Positions 9,358 to 17,297 are shown, numbered from the stretch's first letter. The stretch is DNA of 38,406 nt from Paludibacteraceae bacterium (GCA_017614195.1 JAGACJ010000143.1:1-38406), one strand, 5' to 3'. Numbers and translations: made by a program. Notes: generated by a model not told the origin, from the letters alone.

Positions 9358-10523
9358 TTCTCGAAAATCAAAGTACTACAATTGCCACCGAATCCAAAAG
9401 AAGAACTCATGGCATATCGGATTGGACACATTGTCAGCGATGTTATCGGGCGAAGCGACGTTCCAGACATAGGTTGTTTGAAATTAAGAGACGGCCACAT
9501 TTCACCTTGCTGTAGGGCCAACAAAGTAATCACCGCCTCAATAGAGCCAGCGGCAGCCAGACAATGGCCGGTAATGGGTTTGGTGGAACTGAATGGCGGT
9601 ACCGATTCGCCAAATACCGCGGACATGGCGGCCGATTCGGAAGCATCGTTATTGGGAGTGCCTGTTCCGTGGGCGTTGATGTAATGGATATCGGAAGGCT
9701 GCAAACCGGCGGCCTGCAAGGCTTTGCGCATCGCCAACTGCGCCCCGCGCCCCTCCGCCGACGTGGCGGTTTGGTGATGGGCGTCATTGGCATTTGCCGC
9801 ACCACACAAATACCCGATTGCATGGGTCGCCGCTTCGGGGCGCTGCATCACCAGATAGGCGGCACCTTCGCCCAGATTGAGCCCCGCACGTGTTTCGTCA
9901 AACGGACGACACGGCGCATTGTCGAGAATCATCAGCGACGCGAATCCGTTGAGCGTGAATTTGCACAAAGCGTCGGTTCCACCCACCAAGACGGCATCGC
10001 ACCAATTGGTTTCTAGCAAACGCTTACCCAACAACATGGCATTGGCCGACGAAGAGCAAGCGGTACTGATTGTCGTGGCAAATCCTTGCAATCCAAGCGT
10101 TTCGGCAATAGTTTTGGTGCTATCGGCGCTATCATGGTGCACCACCATGCGCAAACGGCCTTTTTGCGGGTCATGGCGAAAACAATCGTAAAACTGCTCG
10201 GTTAGGTCCATGCCTCCCACCGTAGTTGATGAAACAAATGCAATCCGGCTCCCTTTGGGCAGATTGGCGGATTGCAATGCCTCGGTGGCGGCGGCTATGC
10301 CAAGCAATGAGGTGCGAGAATAGGTTTTACGAGGGTCAAGTCCATACCTTTGTTGCAGTTCGGCATTGGTATAGGGTACCTCACCTACGGGTACTTGACG
10401 TGTTGTTTTCAGAAAGCGGGACGGAGACAACATCCAGTCTGTCCGGCGCAAAGCCGCAAGCAAAGCATCAACTCCGACACCCGCCGCCGACACGACGCCC
10501 ATTCCCGTTACCGCTACCCGCAT
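9354..10523 (-). CDS. Beta-ketoacyl-ACP synthase (KAS II / FabF-like) of the type II PKS
   Basis: A complete Cys-His-His triad in context: TACSSSANAM, INAHGTGTPNND, KPITGHCLAAAG. C-terminal FGFGGNCSTLIF. Confidence 0.9.
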   Translation of the reverse strand: MRVAVTGMGVVSAAGVGVDALLAALRRTDWMLSPSRFLKTTRQVPVGEVPYTNAELQQRYGLDPRKTYSRTSLLGIAAATEALQSANLPKGSRIAFVSSTTVGGMDLTEQFYDCFRHDPQKGRLRMVVHHDSADSTKTIAETLGLQGFATTISTACSSSANAMLLGKRLLETNWCDAVLVGGTDALCKFTLNGFASLMILDNAPCRPFDETRAGLNLGEGAAYLVMQRPEAATHAIGYLCGAANANDAHHQTATSAEGRGAQLAMRKALQAAGLQPSDIHYINAHGTGTPNNDASESAAMSAVFGESVPPFSSTKPITGHCLAAAGSIEAVITLLALQQGEMWPSLNFKQPMSGTSLRPITSLTMCPIRYAMSSSFGFGGNCSTLIFEK

Positions 10524-10526
10524 AAA

Positions 10527-10784
10527 TTATTTCGTACGGTTTTGTTGTACAAACTCGGCCAAAGTCCGAACCGATTTAAAGTGACTTTTGGCTTCGGAGG
10601 CATTCGTGAGTTTTATGCCGTATTCGCGTTCCAAAATCAAGATAATTTCGAGCGCGTCAATCGAATCCAGGCCCAAACCTTCGCCAAACAAAGGTGCATC
10701 CGTATCAATATCCGCCGGGGTCATTTCTTCAAGATTGAGAGCCTCAATCATTTGCTGTTTCAGTTGTTCAATCAACAATTCCAT
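10527..10784 (-). CDS. Acyl carrier protein
   Basis: 85 aa and acidic, with the phosphopantetheine attachment motif GLGLDSIDALE. Confidence 0.85.
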   Translation of the reverse strand: MELLIEQLKQQMIEALNLEEMTPADIDTDAPLFGEGLGLDSIDALEIILILEREYGIKLTNASEAKSHFKSVRTLAEFVQQNRTK

Positions 10785-10793
10785 AGAGTTATT

Positions 10794-12467
10794 TCAATTT
10801 GCCTGCAAAGATAATAAATCTATACATGTAAACGCCTTTTTGCCAAACATTTCGCACCGTCCAGTCAGCACAAAGTCGGCTCGGTGCTCCTGCAACAACC
10901 TGGAAGCCAATTCTTTGCTTACATTTTCATCAGCCGATTCTATCAAGAACCACCCTTCACCCTTGATTTGGTGTCTGATACAGATCTCACCGCTGACAAT
11001 GTTGGCCAACGTATAGACAAATACTGCAGGAGAAGCCGGCTGCCCGGCATCGAGCAATGCCTGATGACGCATATCGGTATCGAGTGACGAGCAACGGTTC
11101 GACAAAACTACTGCCACACGATAACGGTCTTCGGGCAAAGAACGGCCGGCCAACAGTTTTGCCACTGCCACATAGCCTAACTTGCACAAGCGGTCCATCT
11201 TAAAGAACTTCATATTCGACTCGCCCAACGATTTGTATTGTTCACGTATCCATTGGTCAAAATCCTCATTCTCAGGACATTGCAATCGAACAGAAGACTC
11301 AACGCGCACCTTGCCGGATGTCCATTGGAGTTCAGAGCCTTGCGTACAATCCGTAGCAAAGACAACGGCGGCATTGCAACCACCAAATCCAGACGCCGCC
11401 TTGACGCACACCGATGATTTGGACAAATTATGATGCCACGCCGACACCAGCAATGGTTGTGGCGTACCCAAAGACTCAAATCCCATTGTCGCCCACAATC
11501 GTTTATGGCGCAACTGCCAAACAGACAAAATGCTCTCAATCACCCCACAAGCACCAAGCGTATGGCCAAAATATGGTTTCAGACTATTGACAGGCTTATC
11601 GGACAGTCCAGCTAACGCAATGGCTTTACTTTCCATTTCATCGTTATAGACAGTGGCCGTGCCGTGTAACCCGACAAAATCCACCTCATCGGCCGGCACT
11701 TGCGCTTCGTCCAATGCCTCGCGTATGGCCAAATACAGTCCGTCTCCTGTGCGCGACGGACCGGATATGTGGTTGGCATCATTGCTTACCGCACCACCTT
11801 TAACGGCTACGGGAATCGCATCGCATTCAAACGGATCTGCCGTCAAAAGCACGGCGCCACAGGCCTCGCCCATCGACAATCCGTCGCGCGAAGCGTCGAA
11901 AGGTTTGCATATATGGCTGCTGACCGACTTGAATGCACGAAAACCCGAAATTACAAAAGGCGACATCAAGTCGGCTCCGATGACCAGCACTCGGTCGTAA
12001 GTACCGGAAGCGATCAGACGGGAGCCCAAGATAATGGTCAAAAGACCCGATATACAAGCGTTACAAACCACTTGCGGCGTGGTCGTAATACCCAACGACG
12101 CAGCCACGCGCTGCGCCAAGACACCAGGCAGGACACGTTCGTCGAAATCGGCTTGCGACTGCAACAAATCAATATTGCCTTTGGTCGTCGACAAAATCAA
12201 TCCCAACCGTGGAGAATTAGCCTCCACCTTGGCTGCGCGCAGCACTTTGCCCCCCACCTCAATCATCAGGTTTTCGAGAGGTGTCGCCCCAGGGATTTGC
12301 GGAATGGCCGACCAATCAATGCGACCGGCCCAGTAACTTTCTCCATTGGCATCAGACTCCTCTTTCAGTCCGGATTGGTAGGATTCAATGGCGTTGACAT
12401 GCGCGTCGATACCTGCGCCAACACTTGTAACGAGGTAATCGTGACCCCAATATGCCAATCTGTTCAT
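10794..12467 (-). CDS. Beta-ketoacyl synthase fused to a C-terminal KS-N-terminal-like (CLF-like) domain
   Basis: Residues 1-372 form a KS with Cys-His-His (VCNACISGL, GLHGTATVYND, KPYFGHTLGACG, SGFGGCNAAVVF). Residues ~415-557 (FFKMDRLCKLGYVAVAKLL..., SPAVFVYTLANIVSGEICIRHQIKGEG) resemble the start of a second KS fold without catalytic residues. Confidence 0.8.
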   Translation of the reverse strand: MNRLAYWGHDYLVTSVGAGIDAHVNAIESYQSGLKEESDANGESYWAGRIDWSAIPQIPGATPLENLMIEVGGKVLRAAKVEANSPRLGLILSTTKGNIDLLQSQADFDERVLPGVLAQRVAASLGITTTPQVVCNACISGLLTIILGSRLIASGTYDRVLVIGADLMSPFVISGFRAFKSVSSHICKPFDASRDGLSMGEACGAVLLTADPFECDAIPVAVKGGAVSNDANHISGPSRTGDGLYLAIREALDEAQVPADEVDFVGLHGTATVYNDEMESKAIALAGLSDKPVNSLKPYFGHTLGACGVIESILSVWQLRHKRLWATMGFESLGTPQPLLVSAWHHNLSKSSVCVKAASGFGGCNAAVVFATDCTQGSELQWTSGKVRVESSVRLQCPENEDFDQWIREQYKSLGESNMKFFKMDRLCKLGYVAVAKLLAGRSLPEDRYRVAVVLSNRCSSLDTDMRHQALLDAGQPASPAVFVYTLANIVSGEICIRHQIKGEGWFLIESADENVSKELASRLLQEHRADFVLTGRCEMFGKKAFTCIDLLSLQAN

Positions 12468-12486
12468 TGTTGCGTATGGTATGAGA

Positions 12487-13371
12487 TTATTGCCAGAATT
12501 GATATAAATTAAACCATTGCTGCGGATAACGGTGCAGCATTTCTTCGAGCACCATTGCGTACTGCCTTAACAAGTCGCTTTGATGCGCCTTGGAGCCTAC
12601 GCGTTCGTTGGATTGCGCCTTATAGAAATAGAAACGGTATTGTTTGCCTTCGCGCATCGAAAAGTAAAAATAGACCGGCACGCGCATTTTGGCACCTACG
12701 ATAAAAGGTCCTTGCGGAAAATCCGCCTCACGTCCCATAAAAGTAATGTGCTCGCGGCGGGCGTCGTTCACATAGCGGTCGCCCTGCATACACACATAAT
12801 GTTTTTCCTGCAACACCTCGCTAATGCGGAAAATACTGTCAAGCTCACCATCGTTGACGGGTATGATGTGGTAAGGTACCTGAACCTCGCCCCGATGCAT
12901 CGCCTCCTTGATTTTCTGATATTCGACATCAAACATGACAATGTGCAAGCGCCCGGCGTAGTCGCCAAAGAACGGAGACCCCATTTCCCATGCACCGATA
13001 TGCGCGCCTATCATCAGCACGCCACCGGCATCGAGACTCTGTAAGAATTCGTCATACCCGTCTTCTTTGACAAACGTAAATTTGTCGGTAAGGCCATGCA
13101 ACATGGCCATTTTGTCGACCAAGCATTGCCCGAAACGATAAAAATGCAAGTAAACCAGCCAAATAGATTTGAGACGGCCATAATGCCATGTACGGCGGTA
13201 ATAGTCCCACACAGCGGCACGCTGTTTCGGTGCGGCCAAGACAAAATACAGCACTACATAAGTGAGATTGGCATAGGCAAAATTAAGGCCGAAACAATGC
13301 AGAAAAAAACCGAACACACGGTATCCAAGCGCATTGCCACGCGATTTTGCATCCCATCCCTCAGCACTCAT
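12487..13371 (-). CDS. LpxL/HtrB-type (lipid A biosynthesis lauroyl-acyltransferase-like) lysophospholipid acyltransferase
   Basis: 294 aa. It has an N-terminal hydrophobic segment plus the size and layout of LPLAT/LpxL-family members found in APE clusters (ApeD-like). The call rests on overall resemblance and context; no sharp motif was verified. Confidence 0.65.
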   Translation of the reverse strand: MSAEGWDAKSRGNALGYRVFGFFLHCFGLNFAYANLTYVVLYFVLAAPKQRAAVWDYYRRTWHYGRLKSIWLVYLHFYRFGQCLVDKMAMLHGLTDKFTFVKEDGYDEFLQSLDAGGVLMIGAHIGAWEMGSPFFGDYAGRLHIVMFDVEYQKIKEAMHRGEVQVPYHIIPVNDGELDSIFRISEVLQEKHYVCMQGDRYVNDARREHITFMGREADFPQGPFIVGAKMRVPVYFYFSMREGKQYRFYFYKAQSNERVGSKAHQSDLLRQYAMVLEEMLHRYPQQWFNLYQFWQ

Positions 13372-13607
13372 TCCTGCCGCTTGCTTTCAATCAGGTCCAA
13401 CATTTGCCCCAAAGTCCTGACACCGATAAAATCGGACTGTTTCAAACGGACACCCACGATTTCTTCGACCAAGACGACAACATCTACCATATCCAGACTA
13501 TCGAAACCCAAATCGTCTTTCAACAAAGCTTCGGGTACAAAACTTTCACGACTAATCTCAAGTTCTTCACTCAAACGGTCAATCAATGATTCTGTATATG
13601 CAGCCAT
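13368..13607 (-). CDS. Acyl carrier protein (second ACP of the cluster)
   Basis: 79 aa with the attachment motif DLGFDSLDMVD. A 4-nt overlap exists with the downstream acyltransferase gene. Confidence 0.85.
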   Translation of the reverse strand: MAAYTESLIDRLSEELEISRESFVPEALLKDDLGFDSLDMVDVVVLVEEIVGVRLKQSDFIGVRTLGQMLDLIESKRQE

Positions 13608-13616
13608 TATGGGGAG

Positions 13617-15111
13617 TTATTGTTTTAAGTAATCAATCAATTTCTGAATTTCCTCGTATTTTGGAGTGTCATCCACAAAAACCGGCACCAAAGCGCGTAC
13701 CTCATCGTACAACCGGCGCGTATCGGGAGCGAGTTTCTGTTCAATATGCAGGCAATCGACAGCCTGTACCAAAGCCATCAGGAAAATGGAGAACACTTGA
13801 TAGGAATTGTCAATCACACGGGCAGCCAACAAGGCGGAGTTTGTTCCCATGCTGACAATATCCTGGTTGTCATTGTTATTGGGAATCGAATGGACATACA
13901 TGGGATTGGACAACGTCTGGCACTCGGCGGTTGTGGAGGTGGCAGTAAATTGCGCCGCCTGCAAACCATAGTTCAAGCCCAACACGCCCAAATTGACAAA
14001 CGGCGGCAGGATGCCGTTGATACGGTCGTGAAACAAATAGTTGACCTGACGCTCCACCAACATAGTCATTTTGGTGACGGCGATTTTTCAGTTTGTCCAT
14101 TTCGAACGACACATAGTCGCCATGGAAATTGCCACCATGCCAAACCATTTTGTTGTCGGAATCGACAATGGGATTGTCGTCAACGGCATTCAGCTCTTCT
14201 TCAAGGATTTTCTGCGCATTGAGCAAGGTCTCAAGCACGGGGCCCAATATCTGGGGTACGCAACGCAACGAATAGTAGGGTTGCACCTTATGCTTGAATT
14301 GCGATTCGGTATGACGGTGATACAATGCTTCGGAACGGCTTTGCAAACACTGCGATCCCTTGGCATGGCGACGCATACGCGCAGCCACTTCGCTTTGTCC
14401 GAAATGGTTTTTCAGTGAATTGAGCTCATCGGCCATAAAATCGTCGTAAGAGGCGGCAATCTCATTCATCAGCACCGAACCTAACACGGCTTTGTCAAAC
14501 AATTTGCGGGCGAGTACCAGATTAACACAGCCGATTCCGGTCATCACTGCCGTACCGTTAGTCAGCGCCAACCCGTCGCGCAAATGCAGTTTCAAAGGTT
14601 TCAGCCCCGCTTGTGCAATGGCTTCGGAGGCAGGCATACGTCTACCCTTGTAAAACACCTCACCTTCGCCAATCAACGCCAATGACAAATGCGCCAACTG
14701 CACCAAGTCGCCACTGGCGCCCACACTGCCGTGTTGGGGAATTACCGGCAGAATGTCGTGCTGTATAAACGCGATGAGTTGGCCTACCGTATCTGGATGA
14801 ACGCCCGACTTTCCATTCAGAAAAGTACACAAGCGCGACAACATGGCGGCACGCACCCATTCGTAACGAAGCGGCTCTCCCGCACCTGTCGAGTGACTGC
14901 GAATAATGTTGTACTGTAAAGCGAGCAGGTTTTCATCGCTGACACGATACTGCGCCATCGGACCAAATCCGGTATTGATACCATAAATGACTTTGTCCTT
15001 CGCAAAATCGGTCAAAAAATCGTACGCGCGTTTTACGGAATCCAATTGTTGTTTGCTAACCTTGAGAGGCTGGCAACCGAAAACGACTGTTTCGAGTTCC
15101 GATAAGTCCAT
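13617..15111 (-). pseudogene. Aromatic amino-acid ammonia-lyase (HAL/PAL/TAL family, Bacteroidota tyrosine ammonia-lyase-like) interrupted by a 1-nt frameshift
   Basis: ORF 13876-15111 encodes residues 1-342 of an MIO-dependent lyase (GINTGFGPMAQYR, IRSHSTGAG, GSVGASGDLVQLAH, YSLRCVPQILGP, HGGNFHGDYVSFEMDKLK) and then turns to nonsense. The continuation (K)IAVTKMTMLVERQVNYLF...FTATSTTAECQ...HSIPNNNDNQDIVSMG sits in ORF 13617-14069, in another frame. The switch maps to the T5 run at 14084-14088. Removing one base gives a ~497-aa protein. Confidence 0.85.
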
Positions 15112-15126
15112 AATCCAATAATACGA

Positions 15127-16401
15127 TCAATCCAAACGATAACGAACGATAGTCTGCTCGCGGTCAGGGCCGACAGAAACGATCTTAATGGGCACATTCA
15201 ACTCATCTTCCAAGAAATCGAGATAATCGTTGAATGCTTGCGGAAATTCCGACTCTTTCTTCATCTTGGTCATATTGGTCTTCCAGCCCGGCAGCTCTTT
15301 GTAAACCGGCTCGACACGATCGTTGAGCTCGTATGGGAACTCATCGGTTTCAACGCCGTTGACCTTGTAGGCCACACAAGCCTTGATTGTATCAAAATTG
15401 TCGAGCACGTCGCTCTTCATCATGATCAGTTTGGTAACGCCGTTAATCATCACGGCATATTTCAAAGCGACGAGGTCAATCCAACCGCAACGGCGGCGAC
15501 GGCCGGTAACCGAACCGAACTCGTGTCCGTTGTTGCAAAGGGTCTCGCCTGTCTCGTCGAACAGCTCTGTTGGGAACGGACCGCTGCCCACGCGCGTACA
15601 ATAAGCCTTGAAGATACCATAGACATCGCCAATCTTATTGGGTGCCACGCCCAAACCGGTACATGCGCCGGCACAAATGGTGTTCGACGAGGTAACGAAT
15701 GGATAAGAACCGAAATCCACATCCAACATGGTACCTTGCGCGCCTTCGCACAATACGGCTTTACCTTCGTCAATCAAGCCATTGATAACATGCTCACTGT
15801 CAATCAAATTGAATTTCTTGAGATATTCGATACCAGCCATCCATTCTTTTTCAATTTCGGTTACGTCGTAACTGAAGTTCATGGCGCGCAACATCTCTTC
15901 GTGACGTTGTTTGGCCTTGGCATATTTTTGTTCGAAGTTTTCGAGGATATCGCCCACGCGCAAACCATTGCGACTCACTTTATCGGTGTAGGTCGGGCCG
16001 ATACCCTTTCCGGTCGTACCCACTTTGGCATCGCCTTTGGCTGCTTCGTTGGCCGCATCGAGCGCACGATGCGTCGGCATAATCAAATGCGCTTTTTTAG
16101 AGATATAGAGGCGCTTGGTCAAATCATGCCCCGAAGCCGACAATGCCTCGGCTTCGGCCTTGAACAACGCGGGGTCAAGCACTACGCCGTTGCCGATAAT
16201 ATTGACCTTGTTGCCTTGGAAGATTCCTGACGGAATCGAACGCAATACATATTTCTGGCCGTCAAATTCAAGCGTATGGCCGGCATTCGGACCGCCTTGG
16301 AAACGGGTTACCACATCATAATCGGGAGTCAGCACGTCAATTACCTTGCCTTTTCCCTCGTCTCCCCATTGCAAACCAAGCAACACATCAACTTTGTTCA
16401 T
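15127..16401 (-). CDS. purA: Adenylosuccinate synthetase
   Basis: MNKVDVLLGLQWGDEGKGKVIDVL..., GTTGKGIGPTYTDK, and the C-terminal SVGPDREQTI. Start chosen at the conserved M (16399-16401); the longer ORF to 16476 adds a non-conserved extension. Confidence 0.95.
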   Translation of the reverse strand: MNKVDVLLGLQWGDEGKGKVIDVLTPDYDVVTRFQGGPNAGHTLEFDGQKYVLRSIPSGIFQGNKVNIIGNGVVLDPALFKAEAEALSASGHDLTKRLYISKKAHLIMPTHRALDAANEAAKGDAKVGTTGKGIGPTYTDKVSRNGLRVGDILENFEQKYAKAKQRHEEMLRAMNFSYDVTEIEKEWMAGIEYLKKFNLIDSEHVINGLIDEGKAVLCEGAQGTMLDVDFGSYPFVTSSNTICAGACTGLGVAPNKIGDVYGIFKAYCTRVGSGPFPTELFDETGETLCNNGHEFGSVTGRRRRCGWIDLVALKYAVMINGVTKLIMMKSDVLDNFDTIKACVAYKVNGVETDEFPYELNDRVEPVYKELPGWKTNMTKMKKESEFPQAFNDYLDFLEDELNVPIKIVSVGPDREQTIVRYRLD

Positions 16402-16546
16402 AATCTTATATTTTACTTTTGTTATTATTTTCCGTCTAAAAAAGTGCTTAAAAAATTTGAGCGCGTAAAGATACAAATAATGTGTCGGATAACTGAAATT
16501 TTTTGATTTTTTGTTGCAAAAAAACTTTTCTATCCGAAAAAACCAG

Positions 16547-16554
16547 TATCTTTG
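16547..16554 (+). promoter_or_regulatory. Bacteroidota -7 box (TATCTTTG) for the ferredoxin gene
   Basis: Matches TAnnTTTG, 32 nt upstream of the ATG at 16586. Confidence 0.45.
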
Positions 16555-16585
16555 CGGAGTAATAACTTTTTAATAACACATAACT

Positions 16586-16753
16586 ATGGCACACGTAATT
16601 TCAGACTCTTGCATCGCTTGCGGTACTTGCATCAGCGAATGCCCGATGGAAGCCATCTCTGAAGGCGACATCTACTCAATCAATCCGGACATCTGCACCG
16701 ACTGCGGCACTTGCGCAGCTGTTTGCCCGACCGAGTCGATTCATCCGGCATAA
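16586..16753 (+). CDS. 2x[4Fe-4S] ferredoxin (55 aa)
   Basis: Not in the supplied ORF track because it is under 60 aa. Manual translation gives MAHVISDSCIACGTCISECPMEAISEGDIYSINPDICTDCGTCAAVCPTESIHPA*, with two CxxCxxCxxxCP motifs, a -7 box upstream and a terminator downstream. Confidence 0.85.
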   Translation: MAHVISDSCIACGTCISECPMEAISEGDIYSINPDICTDCGTCAAVCPTESIHPA

Positions 16754-16772
16754 TTGGGTCTTGTCCAACAAT

Positions 16773-16805
16773 AAAAAAAGCCATTTGTAACGAATGGCTT
16801 TTTTT
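16773..16805. terminator. Bidirectional rho-independent terminator between the convergent ferredoxin and PUR-like genes
   Basis: Stem agccatt (16779-16785) pairs with aatggct (16793-16799) around a 7-nt loop. It is flanked by an A-run upstream and a T-run downstream. Confidence 0.7.
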
Positions 16806-16824
16806 ATTTGCGGTCAGACAATCA

Positions 16825-17166
16825 TCACTCTTCAGACGCTGTCGAATCCGGATTCGCCGGCAATTCGCGACGAATATACCCCAGCACCTCAGACAACGCT
16901 TCTTCAAATTTGTCGAAATCTTCTTTATAGAGGAATATCTTGTGTTTCTCAAACACGAACTGTCCGTCGTCGGTCACGCTTTTACGCTTGCTCTCGGTAT
17001 TTGACAGGAACAAATCGTCCTTACGGTCGCGTTTCACATCCAGATAATACATTCTTTTACCTGCCTTCACCGATTTAGAGAAGACAATCTCACGATCCTC
17101 GCGCTCGTCTTTGGGCTGCGGAGCCGCTTCTGCCACTTTAGGTTTTCTGTCGAAAAAATTTAACAT
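16825..17166 (-). CDS. DUF3276 / PUR-alpha-like nucleic-acid-binding protein
   Basis: SKSVKAGKRMYYLDVKRDRKDDLFLSNTESKRK...FEKHKIFLYKEDFDKFEEAL matches my recollection of the Bacteroidota DUF3276 (PUR-like) family. Start taken at MLNFFDRKPK (17164-17166). Confidence 0.7.
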   Translation of the reverse strand: MLNFFDRKPKVAEAAPQPKDEREDREIVFSKSVKAGKRMYYLDVKRDRKDDLFLSNTESKRKSVTDDGQFVFEKHKIFLYKEDFDKFEEALSEVLGYIRRELPANPDSTASEE

Positions 17167-17257
17167 AGTACATGATTGAAAGTGCAAATATGTGTAAATT
17201 TTTCCAAAATTCAAAACAAAGGCAGCAAAATATGGGCTTGATAGTCAAAAAAATCAT

Positions 17258-17265
17258 TATCTTTG
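17258..17265 (+). promoter_or_regulatory. Bacteroidota -7 box (TATCTTTG) for nusB
   Basis: Matches TAnnTTTG, 33 nt upstream of the ATG at 17298. Confidence 0.45.
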
Positions 17266-17297
17266 CACCGCATTACTATCATAAAGATGATAACAAG

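Noticed and set aside
11700-12512. 270-aa plus-strand ORF, with others at 11653-12000 and 12034-12336, opposite the KS-fusion gene
   Set aside because: It is antisense to a KS with an intact catalytic triad. The translation is Arg/Gln/His-rich and matches no family. Shadow ORFs.
13617-15111. Reading the ammonia-lyase as histidine-utilisation hutH
   Set aside because: No hutU, hutI or hutG genes lie nearby. The gene heads a PKS/ACP operon, and its sequence resembles the Bacteroidota TAL enzymes of flexirubin-type clusters as I recall them. Substrate specificity (Tyr, Phe or His) still cannot be proven from sequence alone.
15238-16230. 330-aa ORF on the plus strand, opposite purA
   Set aside because: It lies entirely antisense to a highly conserved purA reading frame. 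Its translation is low-complexity (rich in Leu, Val, Arg and His) and has no recognisable motif. This is a typical shadow ORF.
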